This document shows positions 1-9,764 of a DNA stretch of 64,000 nucleotides, piece after piece (within the stretch, counting starts at the first letter, position 1; every line of letters begins with the position of its first letter). The notes below the pieces were generated by a model, which made no database searches, was not told where the DNA came from, and saw only the letters and a program-made list of their open reading frames with translations. Made by a program: the position numbers and the translations under genes. Source of the DNA: an uncultured Verrucomicrobiae bacterium (GTDB lineage: Bacteria; Verrucomicrobiota; Verrucomicrobiia; Chthoniobacterales; JAATET01); the NCBI GenBank assembly GCA_963719495.1, contig CAVRCI010000005.1, forward strand, positions 1 to 64,000, read 5' to 3'.

Positions 1-609
1 ATCAGACACGTTGGCCGCCGTGCCGACGACGTGGTGAACGAGTCCGCGTTGCGCATCGACTCTCACGTGAGCTTTCATGCCAAAATACCACTGGTTACCC
101 TTGCGAGTCTGGTGCATGGCGGGGTCTCGCGCCCCGGATCTATTCTTCGTCGAGGAGGGTGCCGCGATGATGGTCGCATCGACAATCGTGCCTTCCCGGA
201 GACTGGCTTGCCGGATCTGAAGATGGTCGCCGATTTGCTCGAAGATCGCTTTGGTCAGCACGAAACGCTCAAGCAAATGCCGGAAATGCAGAAGCGTCGT
301 TGCGTCAGGAACGGACACTCGACTCAGATCGATGCCCGCAAAATTGCGCATCGCCTGGCTGTCGTAGATGGCATCTTCCAGAACCTCGTCCGCCAGTCCA
401 TACCACTGCGAAAGAAAATAGATTCGCAGCATTCGCTCAATGCCAATCGGAGGCCGACCGCGCTTACCCTTCGGGTAATGGGGTTGGATCAAACCCACGA
501 GTTCCCCCCACAGAACGACCTCCTCCATCTGAGCAAGAAACTTTTCCCGCCGCGTCACCTTCTTCTTGGCCGAATACTCCACCGCTCCAAAGCTGATCTG
601 ACTTTCCAT
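1..609 (-). CDS. IS5 family (IS5 subgroup) transposase, runs off the window edge
   Basis: Manual minus-strand translation from ATG 609: MESQISFGAVEYSAKKKVTRREKFLAQME...GRPPIGIERMLRIYFLSQWY...VPDATTLLHFRH...GTIVDATIIAAPSSTKN...WYFGMKAH. No stops down to position 1. Not in the ORF track because it is truncated. Confidence 0.95.
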   Translation of the reverse strand, partial: MESQISFGAVEYSAKKKVTRREKFLAQMEEVVLWGELVGLIQPHYPKGKRGRPPIGIERMLRIYFLSQWYGLADEVLEDAIYDSQAMRNFAGIDLSRVSVPDATTLLHFRHLLERFVLTKAIFEQIGDHLQIRQASLREGTIVDATIIAAPSSTKNRSGARDPAMHQTRKGNQWYFGMKAHVRVDAQRGLVHHVVGTAANVSD

Positions 610-680
610 TCCATACTTCTATCACCACGCTGATAATCTGGCAACAACTCCTCGCCCGGATCGATTAAATCAGCGGTTCC
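1..680 (-). mobile_element. IS5-family insertion sequence, one terminal end
   Basis: Minus-strand terminus GGAACCGCTGATTTAA at 665-680, immediately flanked by CTAG (681-684), the YTAR target typical of the IS5 subgroup. Confidence 0.85.
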
Positions 681-973
681 CTAGGCTGGTGCGCGCCTCC
701 TCGACGAGTTCCATCTGAACGACGAGACACCCGCGCCGTGTGCGTCATTTTCCATTCCTTCGAAACTCGAGCGGCCCATCAAGACTGTCGGGACAGATTT
801 GCATCGTTGCTTCCTTGGCCACGACGAGTTCCGGCAGAGCACGGCGCGAGACAAGAAGAACGACTGCTCGCGAAACATGATTTTGCTCAATGGCAGCACC
901 AAATGGGGTCGCTCGGGGGTGCGCGAATATCTTTCGCCAACGCCCTCCGTCCGCAGAATTTCTTCCCGCCAAG

Positions 974-1543
974 CTACCGCTTGGACGGTTTGATCGGAAT
1001 CTGGAGGTAGTCGGCAATAGCTCGACGTCGGTTTTGCATTCCCCTAGCGCTGTATTTTATTTGGGAACTCAGAAAACCACTGATGGGGATGCATGTTTCA
1101 TGGAAGGCTATTAGCTCACTTTGGGTCGCGGTGACCACCAGTTTTCCCTTGTGCTGGACTGTTGCGACATTCGGCATCAGGGAGGAGGCGATCATCGCGA
1201 GGCTGTCGCTCTCCAAGTCGGAGAAAAATGTCCAGCAAGGCTGCCATCGATGACATTGGCGAAAATACGCTCGGACTTCAGGGATAGCGCAGAGTGACTC
1301 GGACGTTTCATCGTATCCGTCAACGGCGAAGACCACTTTACCGAGCATTCTTCGCATAGTTGAGGGATTATTCTGATAGGTGAATGTCCCAAGAAATCCC
1401 ATGATGTCGTGTTGTTCGATTTGCTCGCGGGTAATTGCGTAAACGGCTCGTTCGTCACCCGCTCGTGCTCTTGCGGTAAGCTGTTCAATCTCGAAACCGA
1501 GCTTCCCGGTCCGGGCGTCCATGAGGCGTTTTTGCGTTTTCAC
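974..1543 (-). CDS. DUF1817/CRR6-like hypothetical protein
   Basis: Motif FAVDGYDETSESLCAIPEVRAYF resembles the CRR6/DUF1817 core. Start overlaps the upstream stop. Confidence 0.55.
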   Translation of the reverse strand: MKTQKRLMDARTGKLGFEIEQLTARARAGDERAVYAITREQIEQHDIMGFLGTFTYQNNPSTMRRMLGKVVFAVDGYDETSESLCAIPEVRAYFRQCHRWQPCWTFFSDLESDSLAMIASSLMPNVATVQHKGKLVVTATQSELIAFHETCIPISGFLSSQIKYSARGMQNRRRAIADYLQIPIKPSKR

Positions 1544-2238
1544 GACAAGGGGAACTCCTCCGCGTGAACCGCCTCCCGAAGGTATTTTCGCACCGGAGCC
1601 AGGCGTTGACTGATCGCTTGCCGGGTGACGCCGCGTGTGTCTGCAAGTTCAGATTGGGAACAACCTTGGTTGAGAAGCGTCCGCACGATCTCAATGCTGG
1701 TTGCCGAGAGGGAACCGTCGAGTGCAGCTTTCCTCAGAGCGCGATCAACGATCTGGATTCGATCGTCGAGCGAGAGCTCTGTCAAATCCGTCCTTTGGGC
1801 GGGATGGCGGCATGAGTTCTCGAGGTGATCATCGAGCTCGCAGGAAGGATCGAATAGGTGGCAATACGCGCGGAAGCGCCGACGAAACTCCCGGGTCGTT
1901 GTCCGCAAGCTGGTCCAAGCCGCGGCGTGAATTCGGTTTTCGATTTCGGCCCGATCCGCTCGCTGTGATGCCTCGGTCAGTCGTTTGTTCCCGGCAAGGT
2001 AGCGCCAAAACAGAAGATGCCCGGCTTCCTGAAGGACATCATGTCGCCACGAAGGCGGAGTCTCACGAAATCGTCTTGCAAGAAATCGTTGGAGTATCGC
2101 ATCGATCTCTACTCCGAGGCGGTTGAGAGCTTCGGTGTCGTGCGGGTTTCGCCAGAACGCCAGCCAGGCCCTGGCCAAGCTGAAATATTCATCGGAGGAT
2201 GTGTCATTGTCTGTTGCAGAGGTGTTTTTGGTATTCAC
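1540..2238 (-). CDS. ECF sigma-factor-like / sigma70 region-4 HTH protein
   Basis: HDVLQEA (region-2-like) and C-terminal HTH SQSELADTRGVTRQAISQRL. Start uncertain (GTG 2238; the ORF extends to 2364). Confidence 0.6.
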   Translation of the reverse strand: MNTKNTSATDNDTSSDEYFSLARAWLAFWRNPHDTEALNRLGVEIDAILQRFLARRFRETPPSWRHDVLQEAGHLLFWRYLAGNKRLTEASQRADRAEIENRIHAAAWTSLRTTTREFRRRFRAYCHLFDPSCELDDHLENSCRHPAQRTDLTELSLDDRIQIVDRALRKAALDGSLSATSIEIVRTLLNQGCSQSELADTRGVTRQAISQRLAPVRKYLREAVHAEEFPLS

Positions 2239-2356
2239 ACCGTGCCTCAATCTTTTCCTGGTCCGCCCACCTTGAAAAAGGTGGGCGCGGCCAATCGCTG
2301 AAACTGATTTTCGAGAAATCGGGTTTACAACGAGAGGGTCGATGCCTGATCCGGGT

Positions 2357-2710
2357 ATGGACAACTTCTACGACAATTACGGGCTCACCATTGATGATCT
2401 GGACAGGTTCGACGCCTCCGTCGGCAGGGATTCTCTGATCAATGGAATCCTTGATGATGCCGCCGCGCAGTGGCGGTATCATCTTCGGCCAGGGTTAAAA
2501 ACCGAGGGGAACTGTCGACGGCGATTCCTGGAAATCATCACGGGTCGGAACGGGTTGCGTGTTCCGACTGGGGCGGGCATGGAAGAACTTCCAACGCTCG
2601 CCCGCTATCTCTGCATGAGAGTCGAGCGGCGCGTTCGAGAACTGGACGCAGCCGATAACTGTTCCTTAACAAATTGGCAGCAGGTGCCTGCTCGTAGAGA
2701 AAACCCATGA
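2357..2710 (+). CDS. hypothetical protein
   Basis: ORF with ATGA coupling to the next gene. Confidence 0.5.
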   Translation: MDNFYDNYGLTIDDLDRFDASVGRDSLINGILDDAAAQWRYHLRPGLKTEGNCRRRFLEIITGRNGLRVPTGAGMEELPTLARYLCMRVERRVRELDAADNCSLTNWQQVPARRENP

Positions 2711-3012
2711 AAACTACGCACACCTGCATCCGGCCCAAATTGGGCAGCGTCATCGAAATCGGCGTCCGCCAAGGTCGCATCACGTTCACCGTCGGCCACT
2801 GCCGAGGGCTGGTTTTGTCCGAAGGATTGATCCGTTTTGTCGGAGGTTTCCGGCGCTGCACCGATCCTGCAATGAGCGTCACGTGGGCGGAAGCATCCGA
2901 CTGGCGCTTCCTTGCAAAGCGTCAGTTTTCGATCGCTTGCGTGCCGGAGCAGGAGTGGATGACTCCATTGATTCCACACGCCGCAGCCTCTCAACCAGAG
3001 GAGGCAGCGTGA
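2707..3012 (+). CDS. hypothetical protein
   Basis: 4-bp start/stop overlaps on both sides. Confidence 0.5.
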   Translation: MKTTHTCIRPKLGSVIEIGVRQGRITFTVGHCRGLVLSEGLIRFVGGFRRCTDPAMSVTWAEASDWRFLAKRQFSIACVPEQEWMTPLIPHAAASQPEEAA

Positions 3013-3806
3013 GACTTCTCTGGCTGACCGATCTCCATCTGGACCGAGTCGAACCGGGCTCGAAGCAACAATTCTATCGACGACTGGAATCCGAACCGTT
3101 CGACGCGGTCGTCATCACGGGCGATATTTCCGTCGCCCGCTTGCTTTCTCAGCACTTGTGCGAGATTGCGGAAGTTTGCTCCCCGCGCATGGTGCATTTC
3201 GTTTTGGGAAATCATGACTTTTACGGTTCGAGCTTCATCGAGGTGGAGCGGATTGCAGATGACTGTTGTGTCAAGAACCAGAATCTCAGCCATCTTGGCT
3301 GCGCGGAGGAAGTGCGCCTCACCCCTACGACGGCTTTGATCGGGCACCGCGGATGGGCTGACGGACGGGCCTGGGGGAGTCGTCGAACTTCCAAACAAGA
3401 CCCGGATCGGTTCAGTATCCGCGACCTGCGCGGCCATTCGGCCAAGTCTGCTTACCAGAAGATGGATGAGCTTGGACGGGAGTCGGGAAACTATTTCAGG
3501 CGCATGCTACCACGAATTTTGACGTTCTACCGAGACGTCATCATCGCGACGCACGTCCCGCCGTTTGCGCGAGCTGCGCTGTTCAACGGGACAAATTGCG
3601 ATCGAACCCGGTTGCCTCACTACACCAATATTTCGGCGGGCGGCGTTATCCAACGGATCACGGAACAGTTTCCGCAAACCCGGACGACGGTGCTGTGTGG
3701 ACACACCCACCACTCCGCGACGATTTCCATCACACCCAATCTCGACGTTCGCGTCGGCGGGGCGAGAGTTGGGCTTCCCGGAGTGCAGGACTGTATCGAC
3801 CTGTAA
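3009..3806 (+). CDS. calcineurin-like metallophosphoesterase
   Basis: Motifs TDLH, TGDI, GNHD, HVPP, GHTH. GTG start preceded by GGAGG. Confidence 0.9.
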   Translation: MRLLWLTDLHLDRVEPGSKQQFYRRLESEPFDAVVITGDISVARLLSQHLCEIAEVCSPRMVHFVLGNHDFYGSSFIEVERIADDCCVKNQNLSHLGCAEEVRLTPTTALIGHRGWADGRAWGSRRTSKQDPDRFSIRDLRGHSAKSAYQKMDELGRESGNYFRRMLPRILTFYRDVIIATHVPPFARAALFNGTNCDRTRLPHYTNISAGGVIQRITEQFPQTRTTVLCGHTHHSATISITPNLDVRVGGARVGLPGVQDCIDL

Positions 3807-3979
3807 ACGGCGTCGGTGTCGAACAGGAGAATGGCTCCCGAGTTGCCTGCGCTTCGGCTCATTCTCGCAACCCAAGGAGCATGAGTTTATTCCGTAATCG
3901 AACGCTTCCGAGATGGTTTTTCCAACGATGAGGTCCAGAACCGTGAACGCCGGGAGCGCATGGTCGGCCCCTCCGGCAA

Positions 3980-4207
3980 TCAGCGGTTCAACAAGGAGTC
4001 CCAAGAGCAACGCAAGGCTCCCTGTAATCGAAAAATGGTCGTTAGGAGTATGTTCAGCTGGCCGGCTTCGATTTTCTGAACCGTTCGTGGGTTGATGTCT
4101 GCCAGTTCGGCGAGCTTTTCTTGAGTCAACCTACAGGCAACCCGCTCTCGTCGGAGATTGGCTCCGAAAGCAGAAAGCTCCGGCTGGATTGAGCGTTTTT
4201 CTGCCAC
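3980..4207 (-). CDS. XRE-family HTH regulator (controller-protein-like)
   Basis: FGANLRRER..LTQEKLAELADINPRTVQKIEAGQLNI. Confidence 0.9.
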   Translation of the reverse strand: MAEKRSIQPELSAFGANLRRERVACRLTQEKLAELADINPRTVQKIEAGQLNILLTTIFRLQGALRCSWDSLLNR

Positions 4208-4257
4208 GCCCCATGAGGGCGCATTATCGACTTGAAGAACACGCCCCACTGGGGCGT
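4206..4257. promoter_or_regulatory. two palindromic operator-like boxes ACGCCCC-N3-RGGGCGY
   Basis: acgcccc-atg-agggcgc (4206-4222) and acgcccc-act-ggggcgt (4241-4257) lie between the divergent XRE and lipoprotein genes. Confidence 0.65.
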
Positions 4258-4272
4258 AATCGTTCGTTGGAC

Positions 4273-4941
4273 ATGATGCATATCACTTTTTCATTGTTTG
4301 AACGTCGGTCGCCCCCAAGCCAGCATCGGTCGTGGGTTTTCTTAGCACTGGCATTTGCTCTCGCGGGATGTGGCGGCCCGAATTACGCGAGGGATTTCGA
4401 AGAATGGCTGGGACTCAAACTTGCCTCGACGCAGCCAATGAAACTGGAGCGCTTGACTGTCGAGGAGATCAGCGGCGGCAAATCCGAATCCGTATTCACG
4501 TTTCGCGCTCAGTTTAGCGTCACGGAAGATCTCTATGAGGAAGCAGAATTGCCGGATGAGTTGAGCTTCGGGTTCATTATCGGTCGTTTCTCCGAGGTGG
4601 GCCAGTTCGATAAAGGGATTGCCGCGCTCTATGCCATCGAGGAACTGAATACCGAATTTCTAAGAGTCGTAACTCCGAAGGGCAGCGAAGGAGAGTTTAC
4701 TGGAAAAGCCAGAGCGGAGAAAAATCACGATGGGTCTTGGGCTTTCGCGGTGCTCGACGGCGATGGGACTGTCCTCAAGGGTAGGCGGCCACCGCAGGAG
4801 AAGAAATGGGTCATCGAGGGCAGTGACGAGGCGAGGGAGGTCCTCGCGACGTTGAAAATCAAGATCGACGCACTGCGAGACTTGGCTGACCAAACCGAAA
4901 AGGAGGCTGCCGAAGCGAAACGGAGAGCAGAAGAGGAATGA
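4273..4941 (+). CDS. putative lipoprotein
   Basis: Hydrophobic stretch with lipobox FALAGC. ATGA-coupled to the next gene. Confidence 0.6.
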   Translation: MMHITFSLFERRSPPSQHRSWVFLALAFALAGCGGPNYARDFEEWLGLKLASTQPMKLERLTVEEISGGKSESVFTFRAQFSVTEDLYEEAELPDELSFGFIIGRFSEVGQFDKGIAALYAIEELNTEFLRVVTPKGSEGEFTGKARAEKNHDGSWAFAVLDGDGTVLKGRRPPQEKKWVIEGSDEAREVLATLKIKIDALRDLADQTEKEAAEAKRRAEEE

Positions 4942-7900
4942 GTATTCGTTCTCATCAATTGTGGTGTCGCTTGGCGTTGATGTTTTTGGCCCCCGCCGTA
5001 AGTGCGCTGGCCGCCGAAGAAGCCTTTCTGGCCGCGCCGACCGAAATGCCGATCATCATCGACGGAAGATCGTCCGGCAAAATGACGTTGCCGATAGGCG
5101 CTCCGGTGCAAGTCCTCGAGCGACGCGGTGGCCGGGTGCGAATCCGCGCCCGGATGGGCAACGAACTTTGGATCTCCGAGAATGGTATCACGGCAGAATC
5201 CGCCCCGGCAGTTCAGGTTGCCCCATCGCTCAAGGCTGAGCCGTCCGGAAGTAAATGGGAATGGGCTATCAAGCCCCGTTATGACGATGCGACTCGGTTC
5301 GGCTCGTCCGGTTTTGCTTGGGTGAAGCGGCAGGGTAAGTGGTTTCTACTCGACCGGCAGGGCCGAGAAATCCTCCAAACTCCATTCGAGCGCGTGGCAG
5401 CTTTTTCCGAACACGGTTGTGCCACTGGCGAGATTGGCCGTGGGTCCGAGCGCAATGTTGGGTTGGTGGGGCCGGATGGAAAGCTGGTTCTGAAACCGGA
5501 ATGGGAGGAGGTCGGGGAGCTGATCCGAGGGTTCGTGCCCGTGAAGCGCGACGAGAAATGGGGATATGCGGATGCGAGTGGAAAACTGGTCATTCCCTGC
5601 GAGTGGAATGATGCCTGGCGCTTTTCACCTGTAGGAACAGCGATTGTCACGCGCGATGGCAAACGGGGCTTCATCGACGCCAAGGGAAAACTGCTGGTCG
5701 AGCCCGTCTGGGATGGCGCAATCAATCATGCTGCGGAGGGAATCGGCGCGGTGCGACGCGGCGAGGGCTGGGCGTTAATCGATCGGAACGGCAAGCTCCT
5801 TTGCGAGCCGGAATGGCAAATGCGCTGGGCGCAGCAACGGTTCGACCTCGGCTGGATCCCGGTGTGGAAGACCGAAGGGGGGCGGGACAAGATCGGCCTG
5901 CTGGGCAAGGACGGCGAGCTGCTCGTCGCAACCGAATGGGACGGGCTTCTGCCCGCAGATGGCGGCGTCTTTCTCTACAAGACCGACGGAGAGGGCATTT
6001 TTGTCGCGGTAGGCGGGAAGGTCATTTTTACAGCGCCGCAGGGTGTGGTCGGCATTCCCGAGGCGAGGGTCGGATTTTTCGATGGCCTCGCGATGGTTTC
6101 CGACGCGGGCGAGACCGATGGTTTCCAGCGTGGCTTCATCGACGAGCAAGGGAAACTCGCGGTGCCGTTTCGCCCCGGCGAATTCCTGCCGTTCTCAGAG
6201 GGCCTCGCCGCCCATCGAGTCGAGGGAAAATGGGGATTCGTGGATCGCGCTGGCAACGATGCCGTGCCCCATGAATGGGACGAAGTGCGATCGTATTCCG
6301 AAAAACACGCGGCTGTCTGCCGCGCTGGAAGGTGGGGATTTATTGACGCCAGCGGAAAAGTGATCGCCGCGCCCGAATGGGACGCCGCCGGCGACTACAT
6401 TGAGGGGCTTGCCTCCGTGGCGAAAGAGATCAACGGGAGAAACGTTTGGACGTTTCTGACTTTGGACGGCTCCGAAGCATTTACTGTCGATCCGAAAATC
6501 CGACCAACGCTTTTCGAAGACCGTGAAGAGCGAGTTTCTGCCGCAGCGGCCGAGTTTCCGCGTTTTCGTAAAGGATACCTCAAAGCCTACGCCGACGGCG
6601 TGATCCGGTTCGACAACGCGGGCCGCATTGTTTCGAGGTATCCCATTTCGGACTCCAGCCTTTTCCTCGCCGGACTGCCAACGCCTTTTGCCCGGCGTTA
6701 CCCGGAATGGGACGGATTCCGCCGGAAGTATGACTACGGTGGCGGACGCCATCTGGATCTGGTGGACAGGGATGGAAAAATCGTGCTTCCCGGTGTTTCG
6801 TCGGACCTCGATTTCGCCTCGGAATTGATCCCCTATCCCGGCATCCCGGCCTATGGCTGGATTGACGACGCAACGGGCAAAGTGATCGCGCCTCCGGCCT
6901 TCGATTATGTCCGGCAGCTTTCGGACGATCTGATTCTCGTCCGAAAAGACGGGAAATTCGGCGTCAGCACCCGAACAGGCCAACCGGTGCTCGCGGTCGA
7001 ATGGGATTCCATCAGCATCGAAGGGCACGGATTGCTGGCGACTCGCAATGAGAAGAACGAATTATTCACCGCTGAAGGACGTCGGATCGAGTTTCCCAGC
7101 GCGTTGCCGGGGTGCGAATACGTCGATTTCTACGGGCCGGATTTCATGTTTCGCCAGCCAGATGGCAAATACAGCCTTTGTTCAACGGCGACCGGCGAGT
7201 TCGTCACATTCGCGGATGCCGCGAAGGTTTATTGGAATGGGAATCAGGCCAAAGCCGGCTTGCTTTGGGTTCAGGAGGCGGCAACCGGAAGATGGTCGCT
7301 CGTGCGCCGGGATGGAACTCCGCTCGGATTTTTTGAAAAGGAGCAGCCTCGTGATTGGATGCACCACAGTTCCTTCGGCTTGGTGCGCGACGCCGAAGGG
7401 CAGGCGTTCTTTATCGATTCGAACGGAAAACCGCTCGGCAGCGAGCGGTGGGACGACGCCCGCCCTTTCCAAAACGGCTTTGCTGCCGTGAATCGCAAAG
7501 GGCAAGGCTGGGGATATATCGGCGAGGACGGCCAGGTGAAAATCTCTCCAGACTGGGATTTCGCCTCTTCCTTCGAGAATGTAGGAACCGAAGCAGCTCC
7601 GAAACTCGTCGCCAATGTCTCGCGTCAAGTCGATGGCCAGAGCAAGGGCAGGAGGGCTTCGATCTGGGGGATCATCGACGCGAGTGGAAAGACACTTTTG
7701 GAGCCGCAATCCGACACCCCGGTCCGCGTGTATTCAGACCGCGGCGAATCGGTCGCCTCCATCCGGAAGGACAATCAATATGAACGAATTCCCATCGATC
7801 TCGGCGAAGAGAGCCAGGAGACTGCTGCGCCTGCTGAAATTGTCAGAAACTACGGCAACAACACGGTCGAGTTGGTCGATGCGACAGGACGAACATTGAT

Positions 7901-8126
7901 TCCCGCCGACTGGGAGAGCATCGTTCCTGTCGGTCGTGGACTTTTTCTATGCTGGTACGAATCTACAGGCGCGCTGCTTGATCGCGAAGGTCAAGCCGTC
8001 TTCCGCGACACGCGAGATACGCGTTTGGTGCGGCTCGATAAACGATCGTCTGCGCCTGAATTCAGTCATCCGGTTATCTTCGTCGAGCGACCTCCAGCCT
8101 GGGGCTATGTAAAGAGAAAGGACTAG
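4938..8126 (+). CDS. secreted WG-repeat (KWG-like) protein
   Basis: Signal peptide, an SH3-like N-terminal segment, and many (K)WGF/YID..GK..I repeats with FSEGLAA motifs. Confidence 0.9.
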   Translation: MSIRSHQLWCRLALMFLAPAVSALAAEEAFLAAPTEMPIIIDGRSSGKMTLPIGAPVQVLERRGGRVRIRARMGNELWISENGITAESAPAVQVAPSLKAEPSGSKWEWAIKPRYDDATRFGSSGFAWVKRQGKWFLLDRQGREILQTPFERVAAFSEHGCATGEIGRGSERNVGLVGPDGKLVLKPEWEEVGELIRGFVPVKRDEKWGYADASGKLVIPCEWNDAWRFSPVGTAIVTRDGKRGFIDAKGKLLVEPVWDGAINHAAEGIGAVRRGEGWALIDRNGKLLCEPEWQMRWAQQRFDLGWIPVWKTEGGRDKIGLLGKDGELLVATEWDGLLPADGGVFLYKTDGEGIFVAVGGKVIFTAPQGVVGIPEARVGFFDGLAMVSDAGETDGFQRGFIDEQGKLAVPFRPGEFLPFSEGLAAHRVEGKWGFVDRAGNDAVPHEWDEVRSYSEKHAAVCRAGRWGFIDASGKVIAAPEWDAAGDYIEGLASVAKEINGRNVWTFLTLDGSEAFTVDPKIRPTLFEDREERVSAAAAEFPRFRKGYLKAYADGVIRFDNAGRIVSRYPISDSSLFLAGLPTPFARRYPEWDGFRRKYDYGGGRHLDLVDRDGKIVLPGVSSDLDFASELIPYPGIPAYGWIDDATGKVIAPPAFDYVRQLSDDLILVRKDGKFGVSTRTGQPVLAVEWDSISIEGHGLLATRNEKNELFTAEGRRIEFPSALPGCEYVDFYGPDFMFRQPDGKYSLCSTATGEFVTFADAAKVYWNGNQAKAGLLWVQEAATGRWSLVRRDGTPLGFFEKEQPRDWMHHSSFGLVRDAEGQAFFIDSNGKPLGSERWDDARPFQNGFAAVNRKGQGWGYIGEDGQVKISPDWDFASSFENVGTEAAPKLVANVSRQVDGQSKGRRASIWGIIDASGKTLLEPQSDTPVRVYSDRGESVASIRKDNQYERIPIDLGEESQETAAPAEIVRNYGNNTVELVDATGRTLIPADWESIVPVGRGLFLCWYESTGALLDREGQAVFRDTRDTRLVRLDKRSSAPEFSHPVIFVERPPAWGYVKRKD

Positions 8127-8388
8127 ATCATTCGCCGAGAATGCAAAGAATCCCATCACCTCAATAGTTCCCCCCTAGCCGTAGGGAGGGGGCCAGCGGG
8201 GGAGGGAAAGGGCAATGACTCTCCCTCCCCCGCGAGATCGGTCAAAGAGTCGCATCGTGAGTTGTAGACAGAAAGACGGAAGGAATACCTGACCCACGGA
8301 GGTGCCAGCCGTCACCCGACTCATCATGAATCGAAAAAGAATCGATCTGATCGCACTTGAGCCGACTGAAGCAATCACAACCCACAAT

Positions 8389-8423
8389 AAAAAAAGCCCG
8401 GTGCGCGTTTCCGCACACCGGGC
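8389..8423 (-). terminator. rho-independent terminator
   Basis: Minus strand gcccggtgtgcg-gaaa-cgcgcaccgggc followed by T7. Confidence 0.8.
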
Positions 8424-8746
8424 AGAGATGAATTGGTAATTTCAAACTCCAAAGAGTTCGAGATGACAAATTTTTCTCTGGGCTTATTGCCAAAGGTTCC
8501 TCGCTTTCGCGAAGTTCGGGGTAAAGCTACGAGAGATTCTCTCGATGTCAAGAAGAAATTGTCGATTTCTGCAGCCGATGGATTGCACCGATGCCTTGAA
8601 CGTGATTGAGCGTGCGCATGAGACCAGCAGCGATGCTCCAAAAGTCCTTGTCGCAATGAGATCAGGAGGTGGCCTGGCTGCGGAGAACTAAAGAGGGGCC
8701 TCATTGAGCCGAATGAGACCGAGTGCGACGAGACTCTGATACGGAC

Positions 8747-9715
8747 TCAACTTTCCGGACTGATAGCCGACGACGAATCGTTGAAATTGAGTTCCAGCTC
8801 TGGGGAGGAAGGCGTGAAACTTCGCAGGGCGGAGCGTTCGATCAGGAGCGTATCGAGCATAAGTTCTTCCAAAAAACGCGTGCCCTGCCGTAGCCGGGCG
8901 ACTTCCGGTATTCTGGCACTCCCAAGTTCAAGGAATGTTTTCCGAAGATAAGCCGGAACCAGCGACACCGTCGAGTCGAGCATCGCTTCGTAGTCACTTA
9001 GTGTCAAAGGTGGCAAAATTTGAATCTCACTGCGAAATCGGTTAATCAGTTCGGTCGGGAGAATTTCCGTTAGAGTGCGCAAGGTTGGCAATGCTTGTTC
9101 GGGCTGCTCGTTACGGAATCCGATCTGAACAGTGTCCGACTCTTCCCAAATGTTCTGAAATGCACCTGCTCCAATGATCATCGTACGATTCGCGAGGACC
9201 TCTTCAATCTCGGACAAATCATTCGGGCTAAAAGTTCGTTCGCCCTCCTCGCGGTCGATTTTTGCCGACAGGCCGCGGGGAACCCGCAGATCGAGCAGTG
9301 AAAAGAGTTCCACCCTCAGAAATCGCTCCCAGGAACTGTCGCCGCAAGCGTGTTGAATCTCATCAATGCAGATTACTACTCCTTCCTTCCGGCGATTGAT
9401 TTGAAGAAAACGAGCAATAGACGGCCACGTGTTGATCCCGCCGCGCTCGCTACATCCCGCCAGAATCCAATCTGCTACAGAAATCGGGAGAAAGGGGACG
9501 CCAAGGTGGTCGGCAACGGCCTTGGCGAGAAAAGTCTTTCCAGAGCCGCTTTGGCCGATCAGCAGACTCTGAGGTCGGATCGCTAGAGGGAGCGAATTGC
9601 GGGCGCTGAAAAAGCACGCCTTCGTGATTTCAACCAGACGGTCGAAAGCATAACGCTGATGCGGCAATATGATCCGGCTGCCATCTGCCGGAGGGGCAGG
9701 TTGTATTGATTCCAT
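8747..9715 (-). CDS. AAA+ ATPase (ClpX/HslU-like core)
   Basis: Walker A GQSGSGKT, Walker B ICIDEI, then GAGAF and PTELINRF. Confidence 0.85.
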   Translation of the reverse strand: MESIQPAPPADGSRIILPHQRYAFDRLVEITKACFFSARNSLPLAIRPQSLLIGQSGSGKTFLAKAVADHLGVPFLPISVADWILAGCSERGGINTWPSIARFLQINRRKEGVVICIDEIQHACGDSSWERFLRVELFSLLDLRVPRGLSAKIDREEGERTFSPNDLSEIEEVLANRTMIIGAGAFQNIWEESDTVQIGFRNEQPEQALPTLRTLTEILPTELINRFRSEIQILPPLTLSDYEAMLDSTVSLVPAYLRKTFLELGSARIPEVARLRQGTRFLEELMLDTLLIERSALRSFTPSSPELELNFNDSSSAISPES

Positions 9716-9764
9716 GAGATATGGACGTAGGCGGGGCAACGTTGCCCCGCCCACGCAGTGTTTA

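Noticed and set aside
31..633. 200-aa plus-strand ORF
   Set aside because: Antisense shadow of the IS5 transposase on the minus strand.
681..973. short overlapping ORFs next to the IS
   Set aside because: No recognisable motifs in any frame.
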